A DNA stretch of 64,000 nucleotides from Gemmatimonadales bacterium (GTDB lineage Bacteria > Gemmatimonadota > Gemmatimonadetes > Gemmatimonadales > GWC2-71-9), in the NCBI GenBank assembly GCA_033764615.1, contig JANRIU010000095.1, positions 2,774 to 66,773 on the forward strand. The letters are read 5' to 3'. Positions 19,299 to 31,884 of this stretch are shown one piece after another. Every line of letters begins with the position of its first letter. The stretch's first letter is position 1. The translations under genes and the position numbers were made by a program. Under the pieces are notes generated by a model, which worked only from the letters and a program-made list of their open reading frames with translations, did not search any database and was not told where the DNA came from.

Positions 19299-20483
19299 AT
19301 GCGCCGACTCGCCATCGCCGGGCTCCTCGCAGCCGCCGCGTGCGGCGGCCCGAGACGCACGCCCGAGGCCGCGCCCCCACCGCCCTTCAGCGCCATCACC
19401 GCCGGCGAATACCACACCTGCGCGCTCGACCGCGATGGCCTCGCCTGGTGCTGGGGCATCAACCAGTCGGGCCAGCTCGGCGACAGCACGATCACCGACC
19501 GGCTCCGCCCCGTGCGCGTGGCGGGCGGCATCCGCTTCGCCCTGCTCGAGGCGGGCGGGGCCCACACCTGCGGCCTCTCCGTGTCAGGCGAGCTCTGGTG
19601 CTGGGGGCGCAACGTGCACGGCGAGCTCGGCGACGGCACCGTCGAGATGCGCTCCACGCCGGTGCGCGCCGTGCCGGGCGAGCGCTTCCGCTCGCTCGCC
19701 GTCGGCTACGAGTTCACCTGCGGGCTCCGCACCGACTCGGTGCTGCTCTGCTGGGGCGCCGACGACACGGGCCAGCTCGGCGACGGCGACGAGCGCGTCG
19801 CGGAGCGGTACGCGCCGGTGACGGTGAAGGGGCCGCTCCGCGTCGGCCTCGCGCGCGCGGGGCGGCACCACGCCTGCGCGCTCGACACCGGCGGCCATGC
19901 GTGGTGCTGGGGCTCCGGCGGCCCGCTCGGCGACGGCACGCTCGAGACGCGACGGTCGCCCGTCCGCGTGAAGGGCGCCGTGCCGCTGACGCAGCTCGCG
20001 ATCGGCGCCGAGATCTCGTGCGGCATCGGCCGCGACGCACGCGCCTGGTGCTGGGGCCCGAACATCGACGGCCAGCTCGGCACCGGCCTCCTCCGGCCGA
20101 CGATCCTCACCCCCGGAGAGGTCGCCGGCCGGCACCGCTGGACGGCGCTGGCCGCCGGCCGCTACCGCGTCTGCGGGCTGGACGAGGGGAAGCGCGCGTG
20201 GTGCTGGGGCTCCAACTACCTCGGCGCCCTCGGCGACGGCAGCGGCCGCGACCACGACGTGCCGGTCCGCGTCGCGGCCGACCGGCGCTACGTCGCCATC
20301 ACGCTCGGCGAGACCCACGGCTGCGCGCTCGACACCGACGGCATCGCCTGGTGCTGGGGCATGAACGTGACGCCCGTCGGCGCGGGCATGCTGGGCGACG
20401 GGACGGGGCAGTCGAGGAGCGTGCCCGTCAGGGTGGGCGGCGCGCCGGAGGGACGGCCAGGAGGCCAGCCTCCCGCTCGCTGA
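19299..20483 (+). CDS. RCC1-repeat (beta-propeller) lipoprotein
   Basis: Trimmed to MRRLAIAGLLAAAACGG (lipobox). It has at least 7 repeats of the RCC1 signature (HTCAL..DG.AWCWG.N..GQLGDG). Alternative starts are GTG 19254 and ATG 19278. Confidence 0.8.
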   Translation: MRRLAIAGLLAAAACGGPRRTPEAAPPPPFSAITAGEYHTCALDRDGLAWCWGINQSGQLGDSTITDRLRPVRVAGGIRFALLEAGGAHTCGLSVSGELWCWGRNVHGELGDGTVEMRSTPVRAVPGERFRSLAVGYEFTCGLRTDSVLLCWGADDTGQLGDGDERVAERYAPVTVKGPLRVGLARAGRHHACALDTGGHAWCWGSGGPLGDGTLETRRSPVRVKGAVPLTQLAIGAEISCGIGRDARAWCWGPNIDGQLGTGLLRPTILTPGEVAGRHRWTALAAGRYRVCGLDEGKRAWCWGSNYLGALGDGSGRDHDVPVRVAADRRYVAITLGETHGCALDTDGIAWCWGMNVTPVGAGMLGDGTGQSRSVPVRVGGAPEGRPGGQPPAR

Positions 20484-20496
20484 CGGCTGGCCTCCT
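20459..20496. terminator. Bidirectional hairpin between convergent genes (RCC1 protein / acetoacetyl-CoA synthetase)
   Basis: AGGAGGCCAGCC-N14-GGCTGGCCTCCT gives a 12-bp stem. The loop contains the RCC1 gene stop codon. Confidence 0.5.
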
Positions 20497-20519
20497 TCCC
20501 GCCTGCCACCTCGCCGCCG

Positions 20520-22496
20520 TCATTGGGCCAGCTCCGCCCTCCCCCGGAACTCCTCCAGCGCCGCCGGGTTCGCGAGCGCCTCGGTGTTCGTCACGGGGCG
20601 GCCGTGGATCACCTCGCGCACGGCGAGCTCCGTGATCTTGCCGCTGATGGTGCGCGGGATGTCGCGCACCTGCAGGATCTTCCTCGGCACGTGATGCGGC
20701 GAGGCGCCGGTGCGGATGGCGTCGCGGAGGCGCTGGCGCAGCGCATCGTCGAGCACGAGCCCCTCGCGCAGCCGCACGAACAGCACCACCCGCACGTCGT
20801 CGCCCCACGCCTGCGCCACCGCCACCGACTCCAGCACCTCGGGCAGCGTCTCCACCTGGCGGTAGATCTCGGCCGTGCCGATGCGCACGCCGCCGGGGTT
20901 GAGCGTCGCGTCGCTGCGGCCGTGGATCACGAAGCCGCCGCGCGGCGTCCGCTCCACCCAGTCGCCGTGGGCCCACGTGCCGGGGAAGCGCGTGAAGTAC
21001 GCCGCGCGGTACTTCGCGCCATCCGCATCGTCCCAGAACGCCACCGGCATGCTCGGGAACGGGCGCGTGCAGACGAGCTCGCCCGGCTCGCCCACGTCTG
21101 CCGGCGTGCCGTCGGCGCGCCACACGTCGACGGCCATGCCGAGGCCCGGCGCCTGCAGCTCGCCGCGATGCACCGGGAGCGTCGGCACGCCGAGCAGGAA
21201 GCAGCTGATGATGTCGGTGCCGCCGCTGATCGAGGCGAGGTGCGCGTCCGGCGCGACGTCGCGCCACGTGTAGTCGAAGCTGGTGGCGGCGAGCGGCGAG
21301 CCCGTGGAGAGGATGGTGCGCACGCGATGCGCCGCGTGCGTCTCGCGCGGCCGGGCCCCCTCCTTCTCGAGCATCGCCAGGTACTTGGCGCTCGTGCCGA
21401 ACACGGTGACCCCCTCGGCGACGGCCAGGTCCCACAGCACGGTGGGCGGCGCGAGCGGCGCGCCGTCGTACAGGACGAGCGTCGCGCCGGAGGCGAGCCC
21501 GGTCACCAGCCAGTTCCACATCATCCACCCGCAGGTGGTGAAGTAGAAGAAGCGGTCGTCGGGCTGGAGGCCGACGTGCAGGCGGTGCTCCTTGAGGTGC
21601 TGCAGCAGCGTGCCGCCCGCGCCGTGCACCATCGCCTTCGGCAGGCCGGTGGTGCCGGACGAGTACATCACGTAGAGCGGATGGTCGAACGGGAGCCGCG
21701 TGAACGTGAGCGGCGCGTCGAGGTGGGAAGCGAGCCAGTCGCCCCAGGCGGTGGCGCCCACCGTGGATCCGCCCTCGCCGAGCCACGGCACCACGACCAC
21801 GCGCCGCAGCGTCGGCAGCGCGGCGGCGATCGCGTCGATCCGCCCGCCGAGCGGGATCGACTTCCCCGCGTAGCGGTAGCCGTCGACCGTCACCAGCACC
21901 GTCGGCGCCACCTGCCCGAAGCGGTCGAGCACGCCCTGCACGCCGAAGTCGGGCGAGCAGCTGCTCCACACCGCGCCGAGCGAGGCGGCGGCGAGCATGG
22001 CGATGATCGTCTCGGCGATGTTCGGCAGGTAGCCCACCACGCGGTCGCCGGGGCCGACACCGTCGTGCCGGAGCGCGGCGGCCGCGGCGGCGACGAGGCG
22101 GGAGAGCTCGCGCCACGAGACAGCGCGGCGGCGCCCCGTCTCGTCCCGGGACACGATGGCGAGCGCGTCGTCGCTTCGGTGCAGCAGGTTCTCGGCGAAG
22201 TTGAGCCGGGCACCGGCGAACCAGCGCGGCCCGAGCTGCGCATCGGGCGGCGCCATCCGGTCGCCACCGGTGAGCACCGCGTCCCACTGGCGGCCGCCGC
22301 CGAGGTCGGCGGCGATGACGCCCGCGTGCGCCCAGACGAGCGGCCAGAACCGCTCCGGGTGGCCGACCGACCAGCGGTGGAGCGCGGCGTAATCGCCCAC
22401 GACGCCCGCCGGTGCGCCCGCAGCGTGGGCGGCGGCGGCGAAGGCGACAAGCGGGGCGGCTGACGGCGAGGCCGGCTGGGCGGAAGGAGGTGTCAT
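20520..22496 (-). CDS. Acetoacetyl-CoA synthetase (acetoacetate-CoA ligase)
   Basis: ORF 20520..22703 trimmed to Met70 (MTPPSAQ), giving 658 aa. It has the AMP-binding motif [15 protein letters not shown] and the N-terminal HRWSV..PERFW...VW region typical of acetoacetyl-CoA synthetases rather than Acs. The C-terminus reads [10 protein letters not shown]. Confidence 0.8.
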   Translation of the reverse strand: MTPPSAQPASPSAAPLVAFAAAAHAAGAPAGVVGDYAALHRWSVGHPERFWPLVWAHAGVIAADLGGGRQWDAVLTGGDRMAPPDAQLGPRWFAGARLNFAENLLHRSDDALAIVSRDETGRRRAVSWRELSRLVAAAAAALRHDGVGPGDRVVGYLPNIAETIIAMLAAASLGAVWSSCSPDFGVQGVLDRFGQVAPTVLVTVDGYRYAGKSIPLGGRIDAIAAALPTLRRVVVVPWLGEGGSTVGATAWGDWLASHLDAPLTFTRLPFDHPLYVMYSSGTTGLPKAMVHGAGGTLLQHLKEHRLHVGLQPDDRFFYFTTCGWMMWNWLVTGLASGATLVLYDGAPLAPPTVLWDLAVAEGVTVFGTSAKYLAMLEKEGARPRETHAAHRVRTILSTGSPLAATSFDYTWRDVAPDAHLASISGGTDIISCFLLGVPTLPVHRGELQAPGLGMAVDVWRADGTPADVGEPGELVCTRPFPSMPVAFWDDADGAKYRAAYFTRFPGTWAHGDWVERTPRGGFVIHGRSDATLNPGGVRIGTAEIYRQVETLPEVLESVAVAQAWGDDVRVVLFVRLREGLVLDDALRQRLRDAIRTGASPHHVPRKILQVRDIPRTISGKITELAVREVIHGRPVTNTEALANPAALEEFRGRAELAQ

Positions 22497-22551
22497 GACG
22501 CGGTGGATGCTGCCGGGGCGTGGGCGGTGCGGCAAGGGGGCGGGAAACGGA

Positions 22552-22585
22552 AGCCCCCCGCGTCGCCGGGGCGACGCGGGGGGCT
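22552..22585 (-). terminator. Perfect 15-bp stem / 4-nt loop hairpin downstream of PEP-CTERM gene 1
   Basis: AGCCCCCCGCGTCGC-CGGG-GCGACGCGGGGGGCT, located 19 nt after the stop at 22604. On the minus strand it is followed by TCCGTTTCC. Confidence 0.6.
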
Positions 22586-22603
22586 CAGGCCACTGGGCCA
22601 GGA

Positions 22604-23299
22604 CTAGCGGCGACGGCGCGACGCGAGGACGAGGCCCACCGCGCCGCTCCCGAGCAGCACGAGGGTGGACGGCTCGGGCACGACCTGCCCCTGAGAGGTC
22701 CACGTCAGGTCGGTCAGGGCCGGGGACGGGTTGGCACCGTCAGGCGAGCCGAACTCGAAGCCCCAGATGTCGGCCGTCGCGCGGAGGATGCCGCGGAACT
22801 GGCCACCATTGAACGGCTGGCCGTTGATCGGCGCCAGCGCCACGAGGTCGTACTCCACCAGCGTGTTGCCCATCTGGTCGAGCGCACGGATGAACACCGG
22901 CAGGTTGAAGGTGCAGCAATCCGCGTAGCTCATGAGCCCGCCGACGCCCTGCATCGGCCCGTTCTGGAACCAGAACCGCGCCGTGCCCCACTGGTTGACG
23001 CCGACGAAGGGACGGTTCCAGCTGCCGTTTCCGGACAGGCCCCAGCCGGGGAACTGGCCGTAGTAGAGCCCCTGAGTGCCAGCGGTCTGGGTCATCCGCA
23101 CGTCCGCCCCGACAGGCGTACCCACCTGCACGAACGGGTCGCCAGTGTTCATCACCGTCCAGCCCGGCGTGAACTGGCTGAAGTTCACGACGCTCGTCGT
23201 GCCGAAGCCGGCCGTCGAGGTCACCAGCTGCGCGGACGCGGAGGGAGCGGCAGCAGCGGCAAGCAGCGCGGCGGCGGCGAGGGGGCGGAGCGCCTTCAT
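22604..23299 (-). CDS. PEP-CTERM sorting-domain secreted protein
   Basis: 231-aa ORF with a signal peptide ([10 protein letters not shown]) and a C-terminal [25 protein letters not shown] (PEP motif, TM and Arg cluster). A GAGG RBS is present. Confidence 0.85.
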   Translation of the reverse strand: MKALRPLAAAALLAAAAAPSASAQLVTSTAGFGTTSVVNFSQFTPGWTVMNTGDPFVQVGTPVGADVRMTQTAGTQGLYYGQFPGWGLSGNGSWNRPFVGVNQWGTARFWFQNGPMQGVGGLMSYADCCTFNLPVFIRALDQMGNTLVEYDLVALAPINGQPFNGGQFRGILRATADIWGFEFGSPDGANPSPALTDLTWTSQGQVVPEPSTLVLLGSGAVGLVLASRRRR

Positions 23300-23400
23300 T
23301 GGTGCCTCACAGTCATCGGGATTCGGGAGCGCTCGAAAAGCGGCGTGTTAGGCATCATCGCATGACGTGCCGCAGAACGCAAGCCCTCGTGTGAATAGCG

Positions 23401-24594
23401 CTACGACGTCGGCGGGTTGAACGCCGCGTGCTGCGCGTCCACCCACGTGCGGTGGTAGTTCGGCTCCTCGATCGGCAGCGCGGCCTTCGCCACCTTGAGC
23501 GGCCGGAACGAATCCATCATCACCGCCAGCTCGTTCGTGTACTTGGCGCCGATCGACGCCTCGGCGCGGCCCGGATGCGGCCCGTGCGGCAGGCCGTCGG
23601 GATGGTGCGTGATCGAGCCGTACTCGATCCCCTTCCGGCTCATGAACTCGCTCGACGCGTAGAAGAGCACCTCGTCCGAGTCGACGTTCGAGTGGTTGTA
23701 CGGCGCCGGCACCGCGTTCGGGTCGAAGTCGTACGGTCGCGGGCAGAACGAGCAGATCACGAAGCCATCGCCCTGGAACGTCTGGTGCACCGGCGGCGGC
23801 TGGTGGATCCGGCCGACGATCGGCTCGAAGTCGTGGATGTTGAAGATCCACGGGTAGAAGTAGCCATCCCACCCGACCACGTCGAACGGATGGTGGTCGA
23901 GGATCATCTCGTTGATGGCGTCGTACTGCTTCACGAGGATCGGGAAGTCACCCTGCTCGTCGTGCGGGCGCAGCTCGGCCGGGCGGCGGATGTCCCGCTC
24001 GCTGAACGGCGCGCCCTCGACGAGCTGGCCGAAGTCGTTCCGGTACCGCGACGGGAAGCGCACGTGCCCGCGGCTCTCGAAGACGACGAGCTTCGCGGGG
24101 CCCGCGGCGAGGTCGAAGCGCCAGCGGTGCAGGATGTTGCGATGGATGACGACGTAGTCGCCCTGGCGGAACGGCAGGTCGCCGAAGACGGACTCGAACG
24201 TCCCCGTGCCCTCGACGACGTACACCACCTCGTCCGCCTGCGAGTTCCGGTAGAAGTGCGCGTCCTGCTCGTCGGGCTCGACGTACAGCATCGCGATGTC
24301 GCTGTTGTAGAGCAGCGGGATGCGGTCGAGCGTGGGGCTCCCGCCCTTCCGCGCGAGGCGCGTGAGGAAGTGGCGATGCCGGAGCGAGGTGTCCTCGTCC
24401 GCCTCCCAGACGAGCTGCCGCAGCTTGCGGGCGGACTTGATCGTGGTCGGCGGATGGGTGTGGTACAGGAGCGACGACGTGCCGGTGAACCCCTCGTGCC
24501 CCATCAGCTCCTCGGCGTACAGCCCGCCGTCGGGCCGACGGAAGACCGTGTGGCGCTTGCGGGGGATCTGGCCGAGGGTGTGGTAGATGGGCAT
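23401..24594 (-). CDS. hmgA: Homogentisate 1,2-dioxygenase
   Basis: 397-aa ORF with a cupin-type HGD layout (MGHEGFTGTSSLLYH, HRNILHRW, PFDVVGWDGY.YP, HQPPPVHQTF, ITHHP.G.PHGPHPG). It clusters with hppD. Confidence 0.85.
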   Translation of the reverse strand: MPIYHTLGQIPRKRHTVFRRPDGGLYAEELMGHEGFTGTSSLLYHTHPPTTIKSARKLRQLVWEADEDTSLRHRHFLTRLARKGGSPTLDRIPLLYNSDIAMLYVEPDEQDAHFYRNSQADEVVYVVEGTGTFESVFGDLPFRQGDYVVIHRNILHRWRFDLAAGPAKLVVFESRGHVRFPSRYRNDFGQLVEGAPFSERDIRRPAELRPHDEQGDFPILVKQYDAINEMILDHHPFDVVGWDGYFYPWIFNIHDFEPIVGRIHQPPPVHQTFQGDGFVICSFCPRPYDFDPNAVPAPYNHSNVDSDEVLFYASSEFMSRKGIEYGSITHHPDGLPHGPHPGRAEASIGAKYTNELAVMMDSFRPLKVAKAALPIEEPNYHRTWVDAQHAAFNPPTS

Positions 24595-24690
24595 GGGCCG
24601 CGAGGTGGGAGACGGCCGAAAGATAAGGCGTCACGCGTCGCGGGTCGCGAGCCGCGGGACTGACCCGCGACCCACGACCCGCGCCCGCCC

Positions 24691-25455
24691 CTACGCCTGC
24701 CGGCGCCGCGCAGCCATCCCCACGAGCGCCAACCCCGACGCCATCAGCACGTACGTCGACGGCTCGGGCACCACCGTGCCGCGGTACACCTTCCAGTCGA
24801 AGCGCTGGCCCTCGTTGTTGCCGAACGAGGGGTCGAACTCGACGCGGCCGTTGACGAACCATGACGACGCCGAGTTGACCGTGAACCAGGCGTTGGCGAA
24901 CTGCTGGCTGCTGGCGCAGTTCGAGCTGATCGTGCCGGGCAGCAGGTTGGCTCCGCCGTTCACCGACATCGAGACGAGCCGTGCGGCGCCGAGCGACCCG
25001 CATCCGGTGCGTACGTCGAACAGGAGGCCGTTGAAGCTGCCCACGTTGATGACGCGGAACTGGTTGGCCGCGGGGTACGTCGCGTCCGCGAAGCTGCCGC
25101 CGGTCGCGCCCGTCACGTTGAAGTCCCCGTCGGGGAACGTCATCGTGAGATGGTTGTTGAGGTGGTCCCAATCGACGCGGAAGTCGATCTGGCGGATCCC
25201 GCTGGTCAGCGACCAGTCGCTGGCGTTCCCCTGCACCTGGCGGCGATTGCCGGCCACGCCCAGGTCGCCCTTGCCCCAGAAGAAGTTCTGGTTGGCATTG
25301 GCGTCGGTCATGTTGCGGCCGCGGAACGAGGCGAGCGGGCCGACACGGGTGAGGAAGGGGTCGGTGCCGCCGGCGTACGTGACCTGGGCAGGCAGCTCCG
25401 CAGCCGCGGCGAACGCCAGCAGCGCGAGGGGACGGACAAGTCGAGAGACGGACAT
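24691..25455 (-). CDS. PEP-CTERM sorting-domain secreted protein
   Basis: ORF 24691..25521 trimmed to Met23 (MSVSRLVRPLALLAFAAAA signal, GGAG RBS). The C-terminus is VPEPSTYVLMASGLALVGMAARRRQA. Confidence 0.8.
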   Translation of the reverse strand: MSVSRLVRPLALLAFAAAAELPAQVTYAGGTDPFLTRVGPLASFRGRNMTDANANQNFFWGKGDLGVAGNRRQVQGNASDWSLTSGIRQIDFRVDWDHLNNHLTMTFPDGDFNVTGATGGSFADATYPAANQFRVINVGSFNGLLFDVRTGCGSLGAARLVSMSVNGGANLLPGTISSNCASSQQFANAWFTVNSASSWFVNGRVEFDPSFGNNEGQRFDWKVYRGTVVPEPSTYVLMASGLALVGMAARRRQA

Positions 25456-25802
25456 CGGTCGATGCTCCAGTTCGGCGTAGGTCCTCGGCGCGTTCCCGAG
25501 GAGTGCCTCTCGACAAGGCAACGCCCATGCCAGCCATCGCGAATCGCCACGTGTCTCGGAACCCGCCAGATGTCACCTTCGGAGACAGGCCGGAAGAAAA
25601 TCGGACAGTGCCCCGCAACCTGTTTGACGGAAACAGTTTGCGACGCTTCACTCCACGTCACTGGCCCCGCGCCCCTCCGCCCGCGACCCTCCCAAACGAC
25701 AACGGCGACGCAACACCGTTGCGCCGCCGCCACACCAGCACCCTCTGCCTCGCGGCCCGCGACCCCAGACCCGACTCCCTCGGCCCCCGGCCCCAACAGC
25801 CC

Positions 25803-29233
<3,431 letters not shown>

Positions 29234-29310
29234 GGGATCATTGTCGGCGCGGGGATGGCACAGGTTGAGTCACCCCGCGCCTTCGCCGTGCCCTCGCCCC
29301 GCCCGCCCGC

Positions 29311-30546
29311 CTACCGGCACCCCTCCCGCACCACCTCGCCGCGGATGACCACGGCGCAGACGTGCGTCGCGTACTCGAACGGGTCGCCGTCGAAGAGCGC
29401 GAGGTCGCCGTCCTTGCCCGGCTCCAGCGTTCCGATGCGCGCGCCCTGCCCGATGATCGTCGCGGCGTCGCGCGTGATGGCGCCGAGGGCGGCGTCGCGG
29501 TCGAGCCCGTTCGCCGCCGCCACCGCCGCCTCGAAGAGCACCACGCGCGTCTTCGGCACGTACCCCTCGAAGCCCGACTGCAGCGCAAACGGGATCCCCG
29601 CGCGCCTGAGCAGCGCCGCCGTCTCCAGCGACGCATTCGCCGTGGCGCCGCTCGTGCGCACCATCGTCGGGTGCAGGATGACGGGCACGCCCGCCTGCCG
29701 GATGGCGTCCACCACCTGGTACGCCTCGGCGGCGCCGTCGAGCACCAGACGGAAGCCGAACTCGCGCTGGAGGCGCAGCGCGCCCAGGATCTCGACCGCG
29801 CCCTGCGCGGTGATGAGCGCCGGCAGCCGCCGGTCGAGCACGAGGCCGAGCGTCTCGAGGCCGAGGTCGCGCGGGGGGAGCTTCGCCGCGTCGCCGGCGG
29901 CGGCGCGCACCTTCCGCTGGTACTCCTGCGCCTTGATGAACTCGCCGCGCAGCATCGCCACCGCCTTCGCGCGGGTGCCCGGCGGCTTCGGCGCGAAGGT
30001 GGCCGGCACCTCCGGCCCGAGGTGCATCGCCACCATCGTCACCGAGTCCACGAGGGCGTCGGCGACGGTCTGGCCGCGCGTCTTCGCGACCATCGTCTGG
30101 CCGCTCACCAGCGCGCCCGGGCCGTGGCCGGTGTGCACCGTCGTCACGCCGAGGGAGCGCACCCACTCCACGAGCCGTTCGCGGGCGTTGTAGCTGTCGA
30201 ACGCGCGCAGTTCGGGCTGGATCGGGTCGCTCTTATCCAGCTGGTCCTGGTCGGTCGCCTCGTTGTACTGGCCCGCGAGGCCCACCACGGTATGCGCATC
30301 GACCAGGCCCGGCGTGACGACGCGCGCCGCCAGCGTGCGCGTCCCCGAGGGGATCCGCACGCGCGCCGCCGGTCCCACCTGCTGGATGGCGCCGTCCCGC
30401 CCGATGAGCACGACGCCGTTGACGATCGGCGCGCCGGCCATCGTCCACACCGTGTCGGCGCGGACGGCGAGCTGGGCCGCCAGGTGGGCGGACGGGCGGA
30501 CGGGCGCACCGGCGGCCACCAGCAGCAGCATCCCCGCGACCCGCAT
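29311..30546 (-). CDS. Periplasmic amidohydrolase family protein (metal-dependent hydrolase, dipeptidase-like)
   Basis: This is the C-terminal 411 aa of the 1639-aa fused ORF, starting at MRVAGMLLLVAAG (signal). It has PGLVDAHT, a TIM-barrel amidohydrolase layout and a C-terminal GTLEPGKDGDLALFDGDP. Confidence 0.85.
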   Translation of the reverse strand: MRVAGMLLLVAAGAPVRPSAHLAAQLAVRADTVWTMAGAPIVNGVVLIGRDGAIQQVGPAARVRIPSGTRTLAARVVTPGLVDAHTVVGLAGQYNEATDQDQLDKSDPIQPELRAFDSYNARERLVEWVRSLGVTTVHTGHGPGALVSGQTMVAKTRGQTVADALVDSVTMVAMHLGPEVPATFAPKPPGTRAKAVAMLRGEFIKAQEYQRKVRAAAGDAAKLPPRDLGLETLGLVLDRRLPALITAQGAVEILGALRLQREFGFRLVLDGAAEAYQVVDAIRQAGVPVILHPTMVRTSGATANASLETAALLRRAGIPFALQSGFEGYVPKTRVVLFEAAVAAANGLDRDAALGAITRDAATIIGQGARIGTLEPGKDGDLALFDGDPFEYATHVCAVVIRGEVVREGCR

Positions 30547-30554
30547 GCGCGCGC

Positions 30555-31856
30555 TCACCGCTCGTCCTCCCATTCCGAGGTGTGCTCGTGCCGGTCGTTG
30601 AAGACGCCGTAGCCGCCGAGCTGGTACGGCCGCTGCGCGGGATCGGCGCGGTCGAACACCTTCCGCCCCTCCACCCACGTCTGCTCGACGTGCGTGTAGG
30701 TGGAGAACGGGTCGCCCGAGAGCACGACGAAATCCGCGTCCTTGCCGGCCTCGAGCGTCCCGACGCGGCGGTCGACGTCGAGCATGCGCGCGCCGGCGAT
30801 GGTCAGCGCCTCGAGCGCCTTCTGACGGCTCATCCCCGCGCGCACGGCGAGCACCGCGGAGCGCAGGAAGAAGCGCGAGTCCGTGATGCCGTCGTCGGTG
30901 TGGAAGCCGACCTCGGCGCCGGCCTCGTCCAGCGCCCTGCCGTTCTCCATCGACACGTCGATCGCCTCCTGCTTGCCGCCGGGGCTGTCGAGCACGATCA
31001 CGCTGCTGGGCACCTTCGCGGCGGCGATCTCGCGCGCGACCTTCCATGCGTCGCTCACGTGGTGCAGCACCACGCGGAAGCCGAACTCCTGCTTCAGGCG
31101 GAGCACGGTGAGGATGTCGTCGTGGCGGTGCGTGTGGAAGTGGACCGTGCGGCGCCCGTCGAGCACCTCCCCCAGCGCCTCGAGCTCGGGGTCGCGCGCG
31201 GGGCGCTTCGCGCTGTCCTGCCCGGCGGCGCGCAGCTTCGCGCGGTGCTCGACGGCCTTGAGGAACTTCTCGCGCACGATCGCCGCGGCCTTGGCCCGGG
31301 TGCCCGGGCGCGGCGGCGCGCCGCGCGGGTTGGTGCCGTTGGCCATCTTGATGCCGCCGCAGATGCCGGTGAGCGGGTCCTCGCAGCTGAGCAGCAGCTC
31401 GTCGAGCGTCCGGCCGTCGCGCAGCTTCAGGTAGGCGGTCTGCCCGCTCAGCAGCAGGCCGGAGCCGGGCATCACGTTCACCGTGGTGATGCCGCCGGCG
31501 CGGGCGCGGCGGATGTTGTCGGATCGGACGTCGATGGCGTCGAGGACGCGCACGTCCGGGTGCATCGGCGCCGAGGCGTCGCCGCCGTCGCCCTGGCCGA
31601 TGTGGCTGTGCGTGTCGACGAGCCCGGGCAGCAGCACCTTCCCCGCGAGCCGCACCTCCTCGGCGCCGGCCGGGACGCGCACCGCGCCGGCCCGGCCGAC
31701 GGCGACGATGCGGGCGCCGTCGGTGACGAGCACGCCGTCGTCGATCGGCGGGCCGCTGACCGGGAGGATGCGGGCGCCGGTGAAGGCGCGCACCTGGGCG
31801 GCGGCCGGCGCGGCAAGCGCCAGCAGGAGGGCAAGGGCCTTCGGCAATTGCATCAT
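30555..31856 (-). CDS. Periplasmic amidohydrolase family protein, paralog of 29311..30546
   Basis: ORF trimmed to MMQLPKALALLLALAAPAAAQ (signal), giving 433 aa. It has PGLVDTHSHIG, FHTHR.DDI and GTLEAGKDADFVVLSGDP. Confidence 0.85.
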   Translation of the reverse strand: MMQLPKALALLLALAAPAAAQVRAFTGARILPVSGPPIDDGVLVTDGARIVAVGRAGAVRVPAGAEEVRLAGKVLLPGLVDTHSHIGQGDGGDASAPMHPDVRVLDAIDVRSDNIRRARAGGITTVNVMPGSGLLLSGQTAYLKLRDGRTLDELLLSCEDPLTGICGGIKMANGTNPRGAPPRPGTRAKAAAIVREKFLKAVEHRAKLRAAGQDSAKRPARDPELEALGEVLDGRRTVHFHTHRHDDILTVLRLKQEFGFRVVLHHVSDAWKVAREIAAAKVPSSVIVLDSPGGKQEAIDVSMENGRALDEAGAEVGFHTDDGITDSRFFLRSAVLAVRAGMSRQKALEALTIAGARMLDVDRRVGTLEAGKDADFVVLSGDPFSTYTHVEQTWVEGRKVFDRADPAQRPYQLGGYGVFNDRHEHTSEWEDER

Positions 31857-31884
31857 GGGGTCCGCGACCGCACTTTTCAAGGCT

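Noticed and set aside
22482-22812. Perfect GGAAGGAGG Shine-Dalgarno-like sequence followed by an ATG opening a 105-aa plus-strand ORF
   Set aside because: The purine run is the complement of the PPSAQ codons at the start of the acetoacetyl-CoA synthetase gene. The ORF product is an Arg/Gly-rich shadow-frame string.
24637-24671. 9-bp stem hairpin (GTCGCGGGT...ACCCGCGAC) after PEP-CTERM gene 2 as a terminator feature
   Set aside because: The loop is large (17 nt) and no T-tract follows. In this GC background such stems arise easily. It is mentioned only as context in a finding.
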